NCBI RefSeq assembly: GCF_009834535.1
Contig: NC_045707.1
Span: forward strand, 57,600,001 to 57,664,000
Direction: 5' to 3'
DNA: 64,000 nt
DNA from: Camelus ferus
Taxonomy: Eukaryota
The notes under the pieces are model-generated. The model saw only the letters and a program-made list of their open reading frames with translations. It was not told the DNA's origin and made no database searches. This document shows positions 12,801-26,519 of this stretch, one piece after another. Position 1 is the stretch's first letter. Each line of letters begins with the position of its first letter. Both the position numbers and the translations under genes were made by a program.

Positions 12801-12992
12801 AAGAAAAGAAATTAAAGTGTACTTAGAAGTCAATGTGTGTTGGGGCAAATCCCATCCAATTGTTTGGGAATGGAGATGGCTGGATTATGTACTAGAAGCT
12901 TGTGTAATATCTCCAAGTCTTTCTTAGTCTCGGTTTTCAAAGCTAGTAATATCACATAGTAATTATCCTATAAATTTCCTTCAACTGTTTTG

Positions 12993-13242
12993 TTTTTAGT
13001 GTTTGTGCTGAAAAAGACATTCTATTTGTTTATGCAAGTGGAATTTCTAATTATTTTTATTTATATCCTGGGAAACTTGCTTAAGAACCTAGCAAAAGTT
13101 GTTTTGTTTTGTTTTTTTTTTGACATTAGTTAAATAGAGTTGAATGCTTTATTAAATAGTTTAATTTTATATGCCTACTATTATGTCCTTTAAATTATGA
13201 TTCCACCTGAGTATCTTCCCTTTGTAATCCTCCTTGGCACCC
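12993..13242 (+). repeat. Copy A of an old local duplication (copy B at 15551-15770)
   Basis: Colinear alignment by eye, e.g. tttttagtgtttgtgctgaaaaagacattcta vs tttttagtgattttgctgaaaagcacattcta. Confidence 0.85.
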
Positions 13243-13729
13243 CTCCACCTCTTAGTACTTTCATACCAAGTCCTACTCAAGATCTAAAAGCACAGGCTCT
13301 ATCCTAGAAATGAGTGAGGTGCATGAATGAATCGGCATGTGTAAAGTTCTAAGAATAGTTCCAGCACACAGATAAGCTTTGCTGTTGTCATGATTCTTAC
13401 TATCCAGACAAGGGGGGTCTCAGTTCAGTTACTATACGCCCAACCAAAAAGTGCCCTAACTATCAGGCATCACAATCCTATGTTCTTTTTTCAGAATTGG
13501 GAGCTTTCCAAAGTCAAGTAAGAGTTCTCCCCACTTTCTTAGTAAATGCAGAAGGAAACGGAGCTGAAAATTTGTTGGCCCATGGCCTAAAACTGAGGCA
13601 GACCTCAACTGAGATTAATGACAAGAAAATTACTAAGAATTAAGCCTACTTCACACTTCTTTCTGAACCAAGGGAAAAAAAGATTTTCAGAAGAGTCAAA
13701 ATAAATTCAATTCAGAAATAATGTCATTT

Positions 13730-15075
13730 TCTGGTGTTTGGAAAACTGGACAGCAGCATGTAAATCAATGAAGTTAGAATATTCCATCACACCATACACA
13801 AAAATAAACTCAAAATGGATTAGAGACTTAAATATAAGACAAGACACAATAAACCTCCTAGAAGAAAACATAGGCAAAACATTATCTCACATACATCTCT
13901 GCAATGTTCTCCTAGGGCAGTCTACTCAAGCAATAGAAATAAAAGCAAAAATAAACAAATGGGACCTAATTTAACTTACAAGCTTTTGCACAGCAAAGGA
14001 AACCATAAGCAAAACAAAATGACAGCCTATGGAATGGGAGAAAATATTTGCAAAAGATGAAACTGACAAGGGCTTGATCTCCAGAATATATAAACAGCTC
14101 ATATGACTTAATAACAAAAAAAAAACAACCCAATCCAAAAATTGGCAGAAGACCTTAACAAGCAATTCTCCAATGAAGACTTATGAATGACCAATAGGAA
14201 CACAAAAAAATGCTCATTATCACTATCAGAGAAATGCAAATCAAAACAATGAGGTGTCACCTCACACCAATTAGAATGGCCATCATTCAAAAGTCAACAG
14301 ATGATAAATGCTGGAGAGGGTGTGGAGAAAAGAGAACCCCCCTATAGTGCTGGAGGGAATGCAGTTTGGTGTAGCCATTGTAGAAAACAGTATGGAGATT
14401 CCTCAAAAGACTAAAAATAGACTTATCATATGACCCAGCAACACCACTCCTGGGCATATATCCAGAAGGAAGCCTACTTCAAAAAGACACCTGCACCCCA
14501 ACGTTCACAGCACTATTTACAATAGCCAAGACATGGAAACAGCCTAAATATCCATCAATAGATGACTGGATAAAGAAGATGTGGTATATTTATACAATGG
14601 AATACTACTCAGCCACAACAATGACAACATAATGCCATCTGCAGCAACATGGATGTCACTGGAGAATGTCATTCTAAATGAAGCAAGCCAGAAAGAGAAG
14701 GAAAAATACCATATGATATCACTCATATATGGAATATAAAAAAAAAAGATGACAAATGAACTTAAATGTAAAACATAAACAGACTCACAGACATAGAAAT
14801 ACAAATTTGTGGTTGCCAGTGGGGACGGAGGTGGGAAAGAGATAGACTGGGAGTTCGAGATTTGTAGATATTGACAGGTATATATAGAATAGATAAACAA
14901 GTTTATACTGTATAGTGCAGGGAAATACATTCAAGATCTTGTAGTAAGTAGCTCATGGTGAAAAAGAATATGAAAATGAATATATGTGTATTCATGTATG
15001 ACTGAAAAATTGTGCTGTACACCAGAAATCGACACATTGTAAACTGACTATAACTCAATTAAAAAAAAAAGAAAA
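13730..15075 (+). mobile_element. 5'-truncated L1: ORF2 C-terminus, 3'UTR and poly(A); disabled
   Basis: ORF 13738..13974 (ENWTAACKSMKLEYSITPYTKINSKWIRDLNIR…KINKWDLI) is L1 ORF2; downstream frames are broken. Poly(A) at 15061-15075. TSD gaaataat(gt/ac)cattt at 13715-13729 and 15076-15090. Confidence 0.95.
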
Positions 15076-15359
15076 GAAATAATACCATTTGCAGCAACAC
15101 AGATGGTTCTAGAGATTATCATACTAAGTGAAGTAACTCAGAGAAAAACCAGTATCATATGATATCACTTATATGTGGAATCTAAAAAAATGATATGAAT
15201 GAACTTATTTATAAAACAGAAACAGACTCACAGACATAGAAAACAAACTTATGGTTATCAAAGGGGAAAGGAGGGGAGAGATAAATTAGGAGCTTGAGAT
15301 TAAGAGATACACACTACTTTATATAAAATAGATAAATAGCAATTAAAAATAAATAGATC
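15076..15359 (+). mobile_element. Older L1 ORF2-end/3'UTR fragment hosting the 13730-15075 insertion
   Basis: catttgcagcaacacagatggttctagagattatcatactaagtgaag… is L1 sequence. Outer direct repeat aattcaattca at 13704-13714 and 15360-15370. Confidence 0.85.
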
Positions 15360-15550
15360 AATTCAATTCAATATGAGATTGAGATGAGTCTGAGATGAGA
15401 AAGTGAGAGAACTCAACTGAATTTTTAAAACATAAAATATAGCTAGCTATAATTGGGGGAAATTTTTTTCTCCTTTTTTCATTTTGATAACCAGCCTTTC
15501 TATAATATTGATTTTTAAAAAATAATATAATGAAAATTCTTATCCTCTGA

Positions 15551-15770
15551 TTTTTAGTGATTTTGCTGAAAAGCACATTCTACATGCTTATGTAATGGAA
15601 TTTCAAAATACTTTTATTTATGTTCTAGAAAACTGTTTAAGAATCTGGCAAAAGCTCTTTTAAATTAAATATATAGTTAAGTACTTTATTAAATAATTTT
15701 ATATCTACACTATTATGTTCTTTATGATTTCACCCAAATATCTTCTCTTTCTAATCATACTAAGCAGCCC
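15551..15770 (+). repeat. Copy B of the old local duplication
   Basis: Aligns to 12993-13242 (…tttaagaatctggcaaaag…, …actattatgttcttt…, …tatcttctctttctaatc). Confidence 0.85.
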
Positions 15771-18751
15771 AAATTAAGACATTGTTCTCCTTCGTTTTCT
15801 TCATGGACTAACAACCTACTATGGTCTCACTTTACCATATAAATTCATTAACAGTTTATTATTTTAGTTAATCATTTAGATACTGCTAAAGCTTCAATCT
15901 ATTCTGAGATAGGCATTCACTATTTACTTTCATTGTTTGAAAGCCTTCTCAATTTATTATGTGCTTGTTTCTTCCCTGTATGCAGTAATTCCTACTTATT
16001 ATATAGATTAATGAAAAGGAAAAAGTATCAACGATATAAAATAGACTAGTCTGTGAAATTAAAAAAAGCTGAACATGTCAAACATGAAGAGAAACCACTA
16101 ATTGGGAGAATTTTAATTTTGACAAGAACCATGCAAGTATTTAAAAAACAAGTTACAGACAAAAGATTGGAGAAAATTAGTATGAACTATTTTGCAACAC
16201 GGAGAATTTTCACATTGAAATACTTTCATATTAAAGTCAAATGCTTTCCTTGAGTCCAAATGCCACATTCACTCAGTCTGAGATACTGAGGAGGCGTGAG
16301 GGGTAGAAATATACACAAGACTCCATCACCTGGCCACCTCTGCTTTTGGGGACCTCAGAATTCCATCCGTGAGAGAGAAACCATTACGAGGTAATATGTT
16401 CAGTATTTAGAAACAACTTTTAGAAAGTGGTAGTGGAAAGAGGAATTTATAGAAGGCTTTGCAAAGGAGATGTTTGGTTTGAAACATAAAGAAAAGGCAG
16501 TTGGTCTCCAAAAGAGGACAGCAAGGACAGTAAGAAAGAAGCACAAAGGAGAACGAGCGAGGTGCGTGTGGGGAATATAAGCACAAATCATAGACGACCG
16601 GACAGAGCACACTGCAAGTCTACTTTCTACACAATAGGAAAATAGAAAACTACAAAGCTTTTAAGCAGAGGAATAACAGATAAGTGTGTTAAAAAAAAAA
16701 ACTGGATTCAGGTGGATGGGCAGACAAAATGGGAACAGAAAGACCATTTAGATATGTTTTGTAATGATCTAGGAGATGTATTTTAAGGGGTCTGAATTTA
16801 CAGACCCTTAATAGAGAAAGAAACAAATTCAGGAAATATTTAGAAGGTAAATTTAACAGGATTCAGTTATGGACTTGGGGGTGAGGATGGCAAGAAAGAA
16901 TTAAGCTTGATTCCTAGATTGTGAGCTTGAACAAATAGGTACAATACCCTGAAACAGGGAACACAGAGGGAGGAGAAGGTTTGCGGGGGAGGGGGGGGGC
17001 AGGGACAGTGCTAATACGGGGCTAGAGATGTCTGTGGAAACCCAAGAGGTCATACCGGTAACTTCAATCTCCAGGTCTATGAGAGAGATACTGTCTTGAA
17101 TTACACATTTCAGAGTATCAGGCAACTAACTTAGAAGACTTTCAGCAGTATCTAATTAATATTGCATAAGTACAACCATCATGTCTAGAATAAATTATAT
17201 TTATTTTCTCTAGAAAGCCACCGCTACCAAATGGGCTTCTTTACATCATAAATTAGTCATGAATTATATTTTCCTATTTATCTATGGCTAACATCTCTTC
17301 TTATCATTATATAATTTCTTCCTTATAGAAAGGGGAATGTCTACCTCTGTTATGATAGCATTCACCACATTCTAATTGCATCACATCATTCAGAATTAAG
17401 AAACATAATTGCATAAACAGTAACTCATCCACAATGTCTTCTTTCTAAACATGTGAATGAGTTATTTGCCCTCTATTCGGTTTTTCTTCTTTTTAGATCA
17501 TAAAGTTGCATTCCTTGGAAGCTTCTTTGATGAGGCATGTTTTGTTGAATTTTTTTTAACCTAACAGATGTTTGGGTAGTTAAAATTCCTCATGAGTATG
17601 GTATCCTGTGGTTTTCACAACCTAAGTGTTACCTCAGGAATTTTCCCTTCTTGCTGTCCTCCAGTCTTGGTGGTCTATAGGGGATGCACATTATGAGAGT
17701 CCCATTTCATTCCATACAAATTTCACACCCACACTCTTTTAAAGTTGTACATTTCCTCAGCATTATAAGTACCTATTGTGCACCACTGAGATACTTAACA
17801 GCTTTCCAGTCTACATTCCTCCCACACACACAACTCAAATTGCTTTTGAGCAAAAGGATAATTAGAAAAAGAAGAGATGAGTAAAATAATCTGTAAGGCT
17901 TTACTATTTCAAGTTAAGTATTTCTGCCATTTGTAATTTTTGCGCTTATGTTTGTATCCACGCACACTCAGCATGAAGTAGAGAGTTACGGCTATGATAC
18001 AGACAATTTAAGGAGAAAAGGGATTCGGCTTCAGTTATCTAGATCAGAGTATGTGGGAGAAAGAAATGTTAGCTTGAGTTGGCTGAATATTCTTGCCTTC
18101 CTTCACTGTAGTATACAGCAGTAGATTCGGATTCAGAAAGCAATCCAATTTAATTCTCAGCTTGCATTCCAACTTTGCTCCCTGCATCTTCAATTTCAGT
18201 GCTCTTCTTTATGAGCTCAGAGAGAGTTTAACATATTTTCTTATTCTAAAAGCCATTTTAGAACATTTTATTAATATGTATTATTCCAACTGAGTGGTCT
18301 TTTTATTTGCAATATTCAAATGTTGAATGATATGATCTCAAACTAGCCATCAACTTATCAAAGAAGCTCCAGGGTTTGATAAAATGTTCCGTTAGTAAGT
18401 GCTTAGGCACAACTTGATGCCATTAGAATAAAATGCACAATTCTGAAACAGTGATTTTTACTAATTTATACTGTTGTTTAGTCTTTTCTATAATTCCGAG
18501 AAATCATTCATTTTCATCATTTTTTATCTGCCTATATATTGCAAAACGACGTAACACTGTTTTGGAATCAATGATGATAATAAAAAACTTATTAATTTTC
18601 TTCATCTGGATTACTTTCTGTTTGCAAAATATCTGTAATACTTTCCATTTATGGTATGCAGAAACATCAACATCTAAGCATTACTGACTTTTAATCTTAA
18701 AAGCATTACTGCTCTTTAAAATTTTTCTTGCTTGACTGTTCTAATTTCTCT

Positions 18752-19208
18752 CTTTTTTTTTTTAATTGAAGCATAGTCAATTTACAACGTTGTGTTAATT
18801 TCTGGTGTAGTGCATGATGATTCATTTATACATATATATTCCTTTTTATATTCTTTTATTATAGGTCATTACAAGGTATTGAATATAGTTCCCTGTGCTA
18901 TGCAGTAGGACCTTGTTTATCTATTTTATATATAGTAGTTAGAATCTGCAATATCCCACTCCTAATTTATCCTTCCCCACACCCTTTCCCCTGGTAACCA
19001 TAAGTTTGTTTTCTATGTCTATGAGTCTATCTCTGTTTTGTAAATAAGTTCATTTGTGTCCTTTTTTTTTTTTTTTTAAAGATCCCACATATATGTGATC
19101 TCATATGGTATTTTTCTTTCTCTTTCTGGCTTACTTCACTTAGAATGACAATCTCCAGGTCCATCCATGTTGCTGCAAATGGTATTATTTTATTCTTTTT
19201 TATGGTTG
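18752..19208 (-). mobile_element. 5'-truncated L1 3' end
   Basis: Poly(T) followed by antisense L1 3'UTR (…ccatccatgttgctgcaaatgg…). TSD taatttctct at 18742-18751 and 19209-19218. Confidence 0.92.
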
Positions 19209-19454
19209 TAATTTCTCTTTCTCTTATTCTTACATGTCAGTTCATCATATATTCTGTCTTGCACTAATATATGTAGTGTCTTTTTGTTTTTCATATCAAA
19301 TGCAATCTCAGATTATATCTCCGTGGCTTAACATAATAAAACTTTTTAACTGTAATTTTATGAAACTCAAATATTTATCATTAGAACAATATTCTCTTCA
19401 TTCCTGAGACTAAAAGAAGAGTGATCAACTCATTTTCATAATTTATACAGTTAG

Positions 19455-20135
19455 AGTAACTGGAAATTCGTTGAAAGGCTTTAAACAAGGAAGTGACATC
19501 ATCTGATTTGGGTTTAAAGAGATCAGCTTGAAAGCTAAGGATGTCAGGTTAATGCAGTGGTAGCAATAATGAAGAACAGGACTAATACGACAGCAATGCA
19601 AGTGGAGGGATGTGTTTAGACAGCATGGTTGAAACAAATCATCAGCAGAGTGGAGGAGGAAAAGAATGCTGCCTGGATTTTCACTTTCTGCAGTCAGATG
19701 AGTGATGGTGGACCTTAATGAGGGAAGAAAGATTGGAGGATGAAAAGGTTTAGTGCTTATACCACATTCATTTTGAGAGATATATTTGACACATCTGCCC
19801 AATGGTATCAGTTGCTCCAGTAAATATACTGAATGGGCTCTAGGGAGCACTGGAACTGGAAGTAGATACTGGAGAATAATGACTATATAGGTAGACTTTA
19901 AAGCCATAGGACAGGATAAGGTCACTTAGGGTAAGGTCTAGGTGTTGTGTGTTGATAAAGAAAAGGGCTAACTACAGATTTCTCAACACTCCAATACTTA
20001 GATTTAAAGAGAGAGAGAGAGAAAACATGCCAAGGAGACTGAGAAAGGGCTATCAAGGAGGTTAAGAGAAAAATCAGAAGGGCAGATCTTACAGAAACCA
20101 GAAGTCCAAACACCACAGAGGAGACAGACAACTGG
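19455..20135 (-). mobile_element. Degenerate L2 fragment
   Basis: ggctttaaacaaggaagtgacatcatctgatttgggtttaaagagatc…tttaaagccataggacaggataagg is L2-like; explains ORF 19443..19925. Confidence 0.65.
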
Positions 20136-20343
20136 GAAGAAGGCTAAGTTGTCTAGATTCCATCTCAAATGTGGAATTGCATTAACAAGCCTTCATTTAA
20201 CATTTACTACAGAAACATTATGCCAGGTACTCTGGGGAATAGTAACAAGAGACACATTTAGTGACCTAGAAAATAAAGCCTCTAGATCAGTTTATCTCAC
20301 TATTTGTAAAGGTCTACAGCAGCCTACATTTATCACAGAAACG

Positions 20344-20345
<2 letters not shown>

Positions 20346-20385
<40 letters not shown>
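20346..20385. repeat. (GT)20 microsatellite
   Basis: Perfect dinucleotide run read directly. Confidence 0.97.
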
Positions 20386-20387
<2 letters not shown>

Positions 20388-20826
20388 GCCTAAAGTCACT
20401 GAAAAGGTTGTAAAGCTGGCTTAAAAGCAGCATAGCTTCTGGATAGGAGGGAAAATGTAGGCACAGAGAAAAGGATACTTGATGGCAATCAGTGTAGCCT
20501 AGTGAGAGATCACAGGAGAGGACCATAATGCTTTGTTGGAGTCAAAGACTCTAGCACCTTGGCACAACTCTGGGAGTTAGAGAAAAGCCCTAATAATAGA
20601 CAGAAATTGAATTTCCCACTGGGATTCAATTCAGTTAAAAAACAAATATGTTATTATGGTTAATGGTGTTTAAGCAAGTAGGATAACCAGTTAGTTTTAA
20701 AATATAAAACTAAAGTTATAAGAGCAATCTTTACCTATACTTTGAATGATTTCTATGTAAAAAACACATTTAAAGAGCATTTTCTTGAATGCAGAAGTAT
20801 ATATACATATACAGGATGTTACTTAC

Positions 20827-21150
20827 GGCCAGGCAGGGTTTGGGTAGATATCCAACTTGAAGCATTGCCATAGCCGGCGTTGGTGCTGGCGGCCACTTGG
20901 AATCTATACCATCTATATTTCTTCAACCCGTATATGGTCTCTTCAGTTAGGTCAGCTTCATAGAGGTACTGAATTTTTTGATATTCAACACATTCTTCTG
21001 ATTCCCATTCTCCGCATTTTTGAGCCCGAAGTTGAGTGGTAATCTTGTAATTTTGGAAGTAGCCAAAGATACTGTCAGGTCTCATCCATGTCAGTGTTGC
21101 ACTAGTTGACTGAATGTTGGAAAAAGCAATATTTGTGGGAACACTGGGAA
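20827..21150 (-). CDS. PTPRQ: PTPRQ exon, 324 nt, one FN3 repeat
   Basis: Acceptor ctttttag|TT, donor GCC|gtaagt. Encodes (V)[21 protein letters not shown]…WISTQTLPG (within ORF 20819..21208). Confidence 0.95.
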
Positions 21151-21399
21151 CTAAAAAGTAAAGGGAAAAATGAAAAACAACTGTAATTACCAAACATTGT
21201 GTAAACAAAGGAAGAAAAAGTATTTACAAATATTTCTTTACTGTGCACATAGTGGTGATCTCTTATTTCAACTGCCCTTGGAGCATTTAATGAACAGAAG
21301 CTTGAGGTGATGCTTCAGAGACCAATGTTTCAAAGGGTTACAGGACAAAACAATTGTGATTTTTTTTCATTCCTAATTTTGCTCCCAAATTCACTCACA

Positions 21400-21478
21400 A
21401 GTTGTTTACAAACCTGAAACTAACACTGTAAATCAACTACACTTCAATAAAATTTTTTTAAAAAAATAAAAAAAAATA
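21400..21478 (+). mobile_element. Extreme 3' tip of an L1 with A-rich tail
   Basis: acctgaaactaacactgtaaatcaactacacttcaataaa followed by A-rich tail. Confidence 0.65.
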
Positions 21479-22214
21479 GTTTTGGCACGACATGAAAAAA
21501 AAGCTTACTTTAGTTCCCCATATAAGCAATGGTACAAAGGAGAGCTGCATATTCATATAATCCTATGTATTTCCTAGGTATGGTCTGAGTTTTTAATATT
21601 CAGTTCCCAACAAAGACATTCTTATATTTAAATGTCTAGATAGACACAAGTACATCTTATATATAGTAAATGTTGATTATAAAATAAATAGATAAGATCA
21701 TTAAATAAACTGATATAATTAGTTAATTTTTATCTTGCATATATTCAAATTTAGTAAAATTCTTTCCAGAGCATCATTAAGCAAACTGGTATTAACACAC
21801 ACAATAAAGTATCTGTAAGTCACCTACAGTCACATGGTCCTACTTGGAGTCACTTATTAGATTTCATATTAACCACTGGTTTCCTATATGCATATCCTGC
21901 GTTAGGCTCTGAGCCTGGTATTAGGAAATTAAGATACATAGGCTTATGTTTTCAAGAAACAGCCATTTATGAGACAAATAATATAAGCATGCTATGGTTA
22001 GAAATATAAAAGAACAATGAATTAGGTGATAAGGCAGCTTTGTCAACTACGCCTGTCCCTGTATATGTCCAAGAGCCTTTGCTCAGAAGGCTGAGACAGA
22101 AAGAATGATAACGACTTGTACACAAATAACACAACTGATAAAAAACTGTACGTTGCCAATCACATTAAAAATAATAAAATTAATAAATAAATGATGCCTG
22201 TACCTATCATATTA

Positions 22215-23215
22215 ATTCAACATTCAGTAAGTATCTAATGAGCATCTAATTTATGCCAAGTACTACTGGAAGTGCTGGGAATACAATGAATAAAACAGAC
22301 AGAAGTCCCTACTCTTTGGTAATTTATAATCAGGAGGTTTATACACAAGTATAAACAACTATTATATACAGTATTTTGGATGATGACTAGTGCTATGGGA
22401 AAAAAATGGAAGAGAAGAAAGGAAGAGTTCCAAGGATATTGAAATTTTAAATTGAGTAGTCAGAGAGAAAGCCTCACTGATTAAGAGACATGAAGTTCCT
22501 GATGAAAAGGGGGGAACTAACCATGAATATTTGGAGGAAGAACATTCCCAGCAGAGGGAGATGCATGATTAAAGGCCCTGTGTTGGAACCATGCCTGGAA
22601 CATTTGAAGAATTTAAAAAAAAAAAAAAAAAAAGGCCACTGTAGCCTGTAGGAATTGGAGGTATGAGAAGGAACACTGAAGACTGGATTGTGTATGATAG
22701 TGTAAGAACATTGTTATGACTTTCACTTGAGTAAAGGAGTTACAGGCTGTAACCTTTGTTTGCACAGAGTCACTCTTGCTACCGTGTTGAGAATAGACAA
22801 GGGAGAGAAGGGTAAAAACAGGGAGAGTAATTAATAGGCCACTGCAGTGTCAACACAAGATCAGTGATGGCCTGGACCAGGGCTGCAGCAGCAGAAATGA
22901 AAGGAAGTATTCAGATTCGGAATATAATTTGAAGGAGGACTTGCTGATGTGTGACATGTGGGGCGTTAGAGAAAGAGAGGAGTAGGGGGAAGCTCTAAGG
23001 CCTTTGGATTGAGCAAACAGAAAGACTGAAGTCACTATTAACCAAGAAGAGAATGACTGTGGAAGGAGCTTTGGGGAATAAGATCAAGAATCTACTTTGA
23101 GCATGTTAACTTTCAAATGCCTGTCAGATACCCAGAAGGAGTTATCAAATAATAGATGGATGCATGAGTCTGGAGTTCTATAGAGAGGTCTGGACTTGAG
23201 TTAAAATTTTGGATT
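22215..23215 (-). mobile_element. L2 (L2a-like) 3' portion, about 1 kb
   Basis: ttcaacattcagtaagtatctaatgagcatcta…gtgctgggaatacaatgaataaaacagac…gagtctggagttctatagagaggtctggac. Confidence 0.8.
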
Positions 23216-24169
23216 TCCTCTTAAATTTTTATTGAATTATCAACTGACTGCTTTTATATTTGCCTAAATCTGGAAGAGAAGAGAGAGTCTAATGCACCAG
23301 AAAACTACTAGTAAGTTACTTAAAGCCATATGATCAGATTCAATTACTCTGTTTTCAAATACTAATGTTTATCATCAAATCTTACTGTATTTCATCAAAC
23401 ACTAATCTTTAAAAAAGTAGCTTTATGAGCACAACACTTGATACACTACTTACAACAAACTCCCTCTTCTATCTTTAGTTATTTAAAAGAGAAATTAGAG
23501 AAAAAAGTTATTTTTTAAGGAAAATGTAAAATTTACTTTTATAGAGGAAGACGTTCTAGAACTGGCTAAAAAGTAGAATTTCTATGATTTATTGAAATCC
23601 TTCAGCCACTAAGTTTGAATTCAGACCACTTGGAGATAAGACCCATTTTCAAAATATCCTAATACAAAGCAGAGAAATATGACTGATTTGAGGGGTTCAG
23701 GAGAAGTTTTAAGAGAAAACGTTGCATGTGAGATGAGATTGCACTTATTGTGAAGGTAGAGATTCTCGAAGAGGGGGTAATGTGATCTAGTCAAGTCTGA
23801 CTACAGCTTATGGTTCATCTTGGCAATAACAAAGAGAAATAGTCTAGGGATAGACTATGTCAGAGGGACTTTTACATAGCCTGTCAGGTGATGGAAAGCT
23901 ATCAAGATGTCAGAATGAGATGTTCAGAAGTACATTTTATCAGGTCCAGTCTGATGACTGCACAACAGGAAAAGGGACAAATTCATAGACTATTTGATTA
24001 GTTCACCAAAGAAGACATAAGATGGTAGCAATAGGAAGTAAGTAAATTTTTAGATCTATTTGGTGGTTGAATCCATAGAACAGGCAAACGAATCAGAAGA
24101 TCACGGAATCAGAATTTGAAGGCTGCTCAGAGATGCTCTTGGTCAACTTGTCTTCTTATGGCTGACCTT

Positions 24170-24783
24170 TATGGAGGCAGACATCCCCCGGGAACCCTGG
24201 TACCTACAACCGCTTCCAGCCTTTCAACCAAACATTAATGTAAGTGATGATGGGAAAAAATTTTGCAGTTGTAATTAAGAATCCAAATAAATTTACTTTA
24301 AGATGGAGAAAGAGTAACCAGTGGACCTGATTCTATAACATGCGTCCTTTAGAAGTGGAGAGCTTTCTTTGGCTAGTTACAAGAGGAAGTAAGGTATTCT
24401 AGGAAAGAGGTCAGATTCAAAGGACAAAATTGTCTCCATTGCTGGCTTGGAAGAAGGACAGGGCCACGTGATAAAGAATTCGGGACATCTCTAAGGAGCT
24501 AAGGGCAGCCCTTGGCTAAAAGCCAGCCAGGAAATGGGGATCTCAGTCCGGCAACTGTAAGAAACTGAGTTCTGCCACACCACGTGAGCTGGGAAGAGGA
24601 CCTGCACTCCACCTGAGAATACAGCTGATCAACATCTTGATTTGACCTTGTGAAATCTTGTGAGACTGAGGAGAGAATCCAGGCACAGCCGGCCCATCTC
24701 TAACCCACAGAACTGCACAGCACGAAATGAGTTGCTTTAAGCCACTAAGTTTGTGACAAAAAAAAAATCAGAAAATGAATTCA
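24170..24783 (+). mobile_element. MaLR solo LTR (MLT1E/F-like)
   Basis: ttgctggcttggaagaagga…gccagccaggaaatggggatctcagtcc…aacccacagaactg…ttgctttaagccactaagtttgtg are hallmark MLT1 motifs. Confidence 0.8.
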
Positions 24784-26519
24784 ACTTCCCTCGACCAAAT
24801 GACCAATCTCTACTTATCTAGCCTGTGCTTAATTTTTTAGAGCAAAGGAAACCTTAAAATCTTGAGAGGCTTTATTTTAAAATAGATTCCCAGACAGCTT
24901 TATTAGTTTGCACAGCCTTCGTTATTTTGAACAGCTATCTGTCTTCTGATAAATCCTAGTTCTACACTGATAACCCACCTCAAATAGGCCTAATCCCATT
25001 TTCATCCCCACTTAACTCCAACATTTATACCAAAGATCTAGAAAGGTTTTGTTTTGAATTCATATCAATGAAAAAAATTGAGCAATTACTCTAAAATGTA
25101 TTTTTATACATTATGCACATTATATACATATATAAATGCCAAACTACATGTTAGATTGTGCCTCTGAAGGTCTAGATCAATTTCTGGAACAAAACAAGCA
25201 TTTAATAAATATTTTTTCAAAGTATCAACAAATGAATGGAATGGTATAACAAGAGACTTGATTTAGATAGATGGTCATGAAAGGCTATCCTGATGAGTTG
25301 TAATTTAATCAGAGACCCGACAGCTCAGATGTAGCTTCCCTGGGTGAAAAACATCAGCATGTGTAAAGACTCTGAGGGACAAGAGAAAGTGGTACATTGG
25401 AAACACATGAAGAGGCTGCTACATCCTCACGGAGATGAATACGCAGACAGAAAGTCGGAGATGTCGGCCAGAATCAGATAATGCTGAGCCTTCTAGACTG
25501 GATTCAAGATTTTTAGTTATATCCGAAGTACAATGGGAATCTTGGTCAGTTTTATATTGACTTTTCATTTGAATTAAAACCACAGACGGCTCTTTCCCCA
25601 AGAGAGCCGGGGATGATGATCCAGACATCTCCCTTTCTTTCCAGTCCTTCACCAACTACCCCTTCCACGTTTCAGTGTCCTTCCCCTGGGGTCTACTAAG
25701 CAAACAGAGGTGGGAAGAACAAAGGATGCTTTAGCTATCCCACGAACTGGAGAAAGCAGGGGAGGCTACCCTTTCCCTGTCTTTCAGCAGGAGTGATGAC
25801 TGGATGCCTGTGACTCTGTGATCAACGTTTTCCCCCTCCAACGTTCAGATTTGCAGAAAGAAGACTTTAATGGCAACGTTTGTTGCACAATAAAAATTTC
25901 CAGCAGATGGATATTGTCCACAGACTCCAGCATTCTCCAAATCAGCGTTGCAGAGAAGAAAAGGTCTAAACAGGATTGTGCTTTAACTTGACACATAAGA
26001 TAGTGTTTTAACTTAACAAGATCCATACAAGAATTATTTTTAACCTGACTAAAAGGAAAGTGACAATAATTGCAGTTGCCTCCCATGTGACAGGCACAGT
26101 GATGGACTTTGTTCAGACACCCAGAGTCCAGTACACATGGGCACGCAGTAAGTGTTGACTATGTAAATAAATCACGGTTCACGAAAAAGTCCTTTGGTTT
26201 TCATGTGGTACAAAATTTTGTCCACATTCTGCACTCACATGTGTTTGGATTAGACTCAGAAATAAGTCTAATCTGAGGCCAAATACATAGTATAGCTCGC
26301 AGACTTTTTTTTAAACAAGGCTACTTCAGAGGCACTCATAAGTGACTAGCAGTAACCCTCACTAATATCCAGTATCTTCTCTTTTGATGAACTGTGTGTT
26401 GAACTAGACTATTTCAAGGCAACTGCCCTATTGAATTACAGATAGAAAAAGGATTACACCCATTTTAGCATGGAGAATCAGATTTCCATTCTTTAAGAAT
26501 GACTAAAAACCTCAAACTT

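Noticed and set aside
14544..14930. 128-aa minus-strand ORF
   Set aside because: Antisense reading of the L1 ORF2 end and 3'UTR.
19443..19925. 160-aa minus-strand ORF
   Set aside because: Coincides with a decayed L2 fragment; no FN3 signature, and the PTPRQ frame is complete without it.
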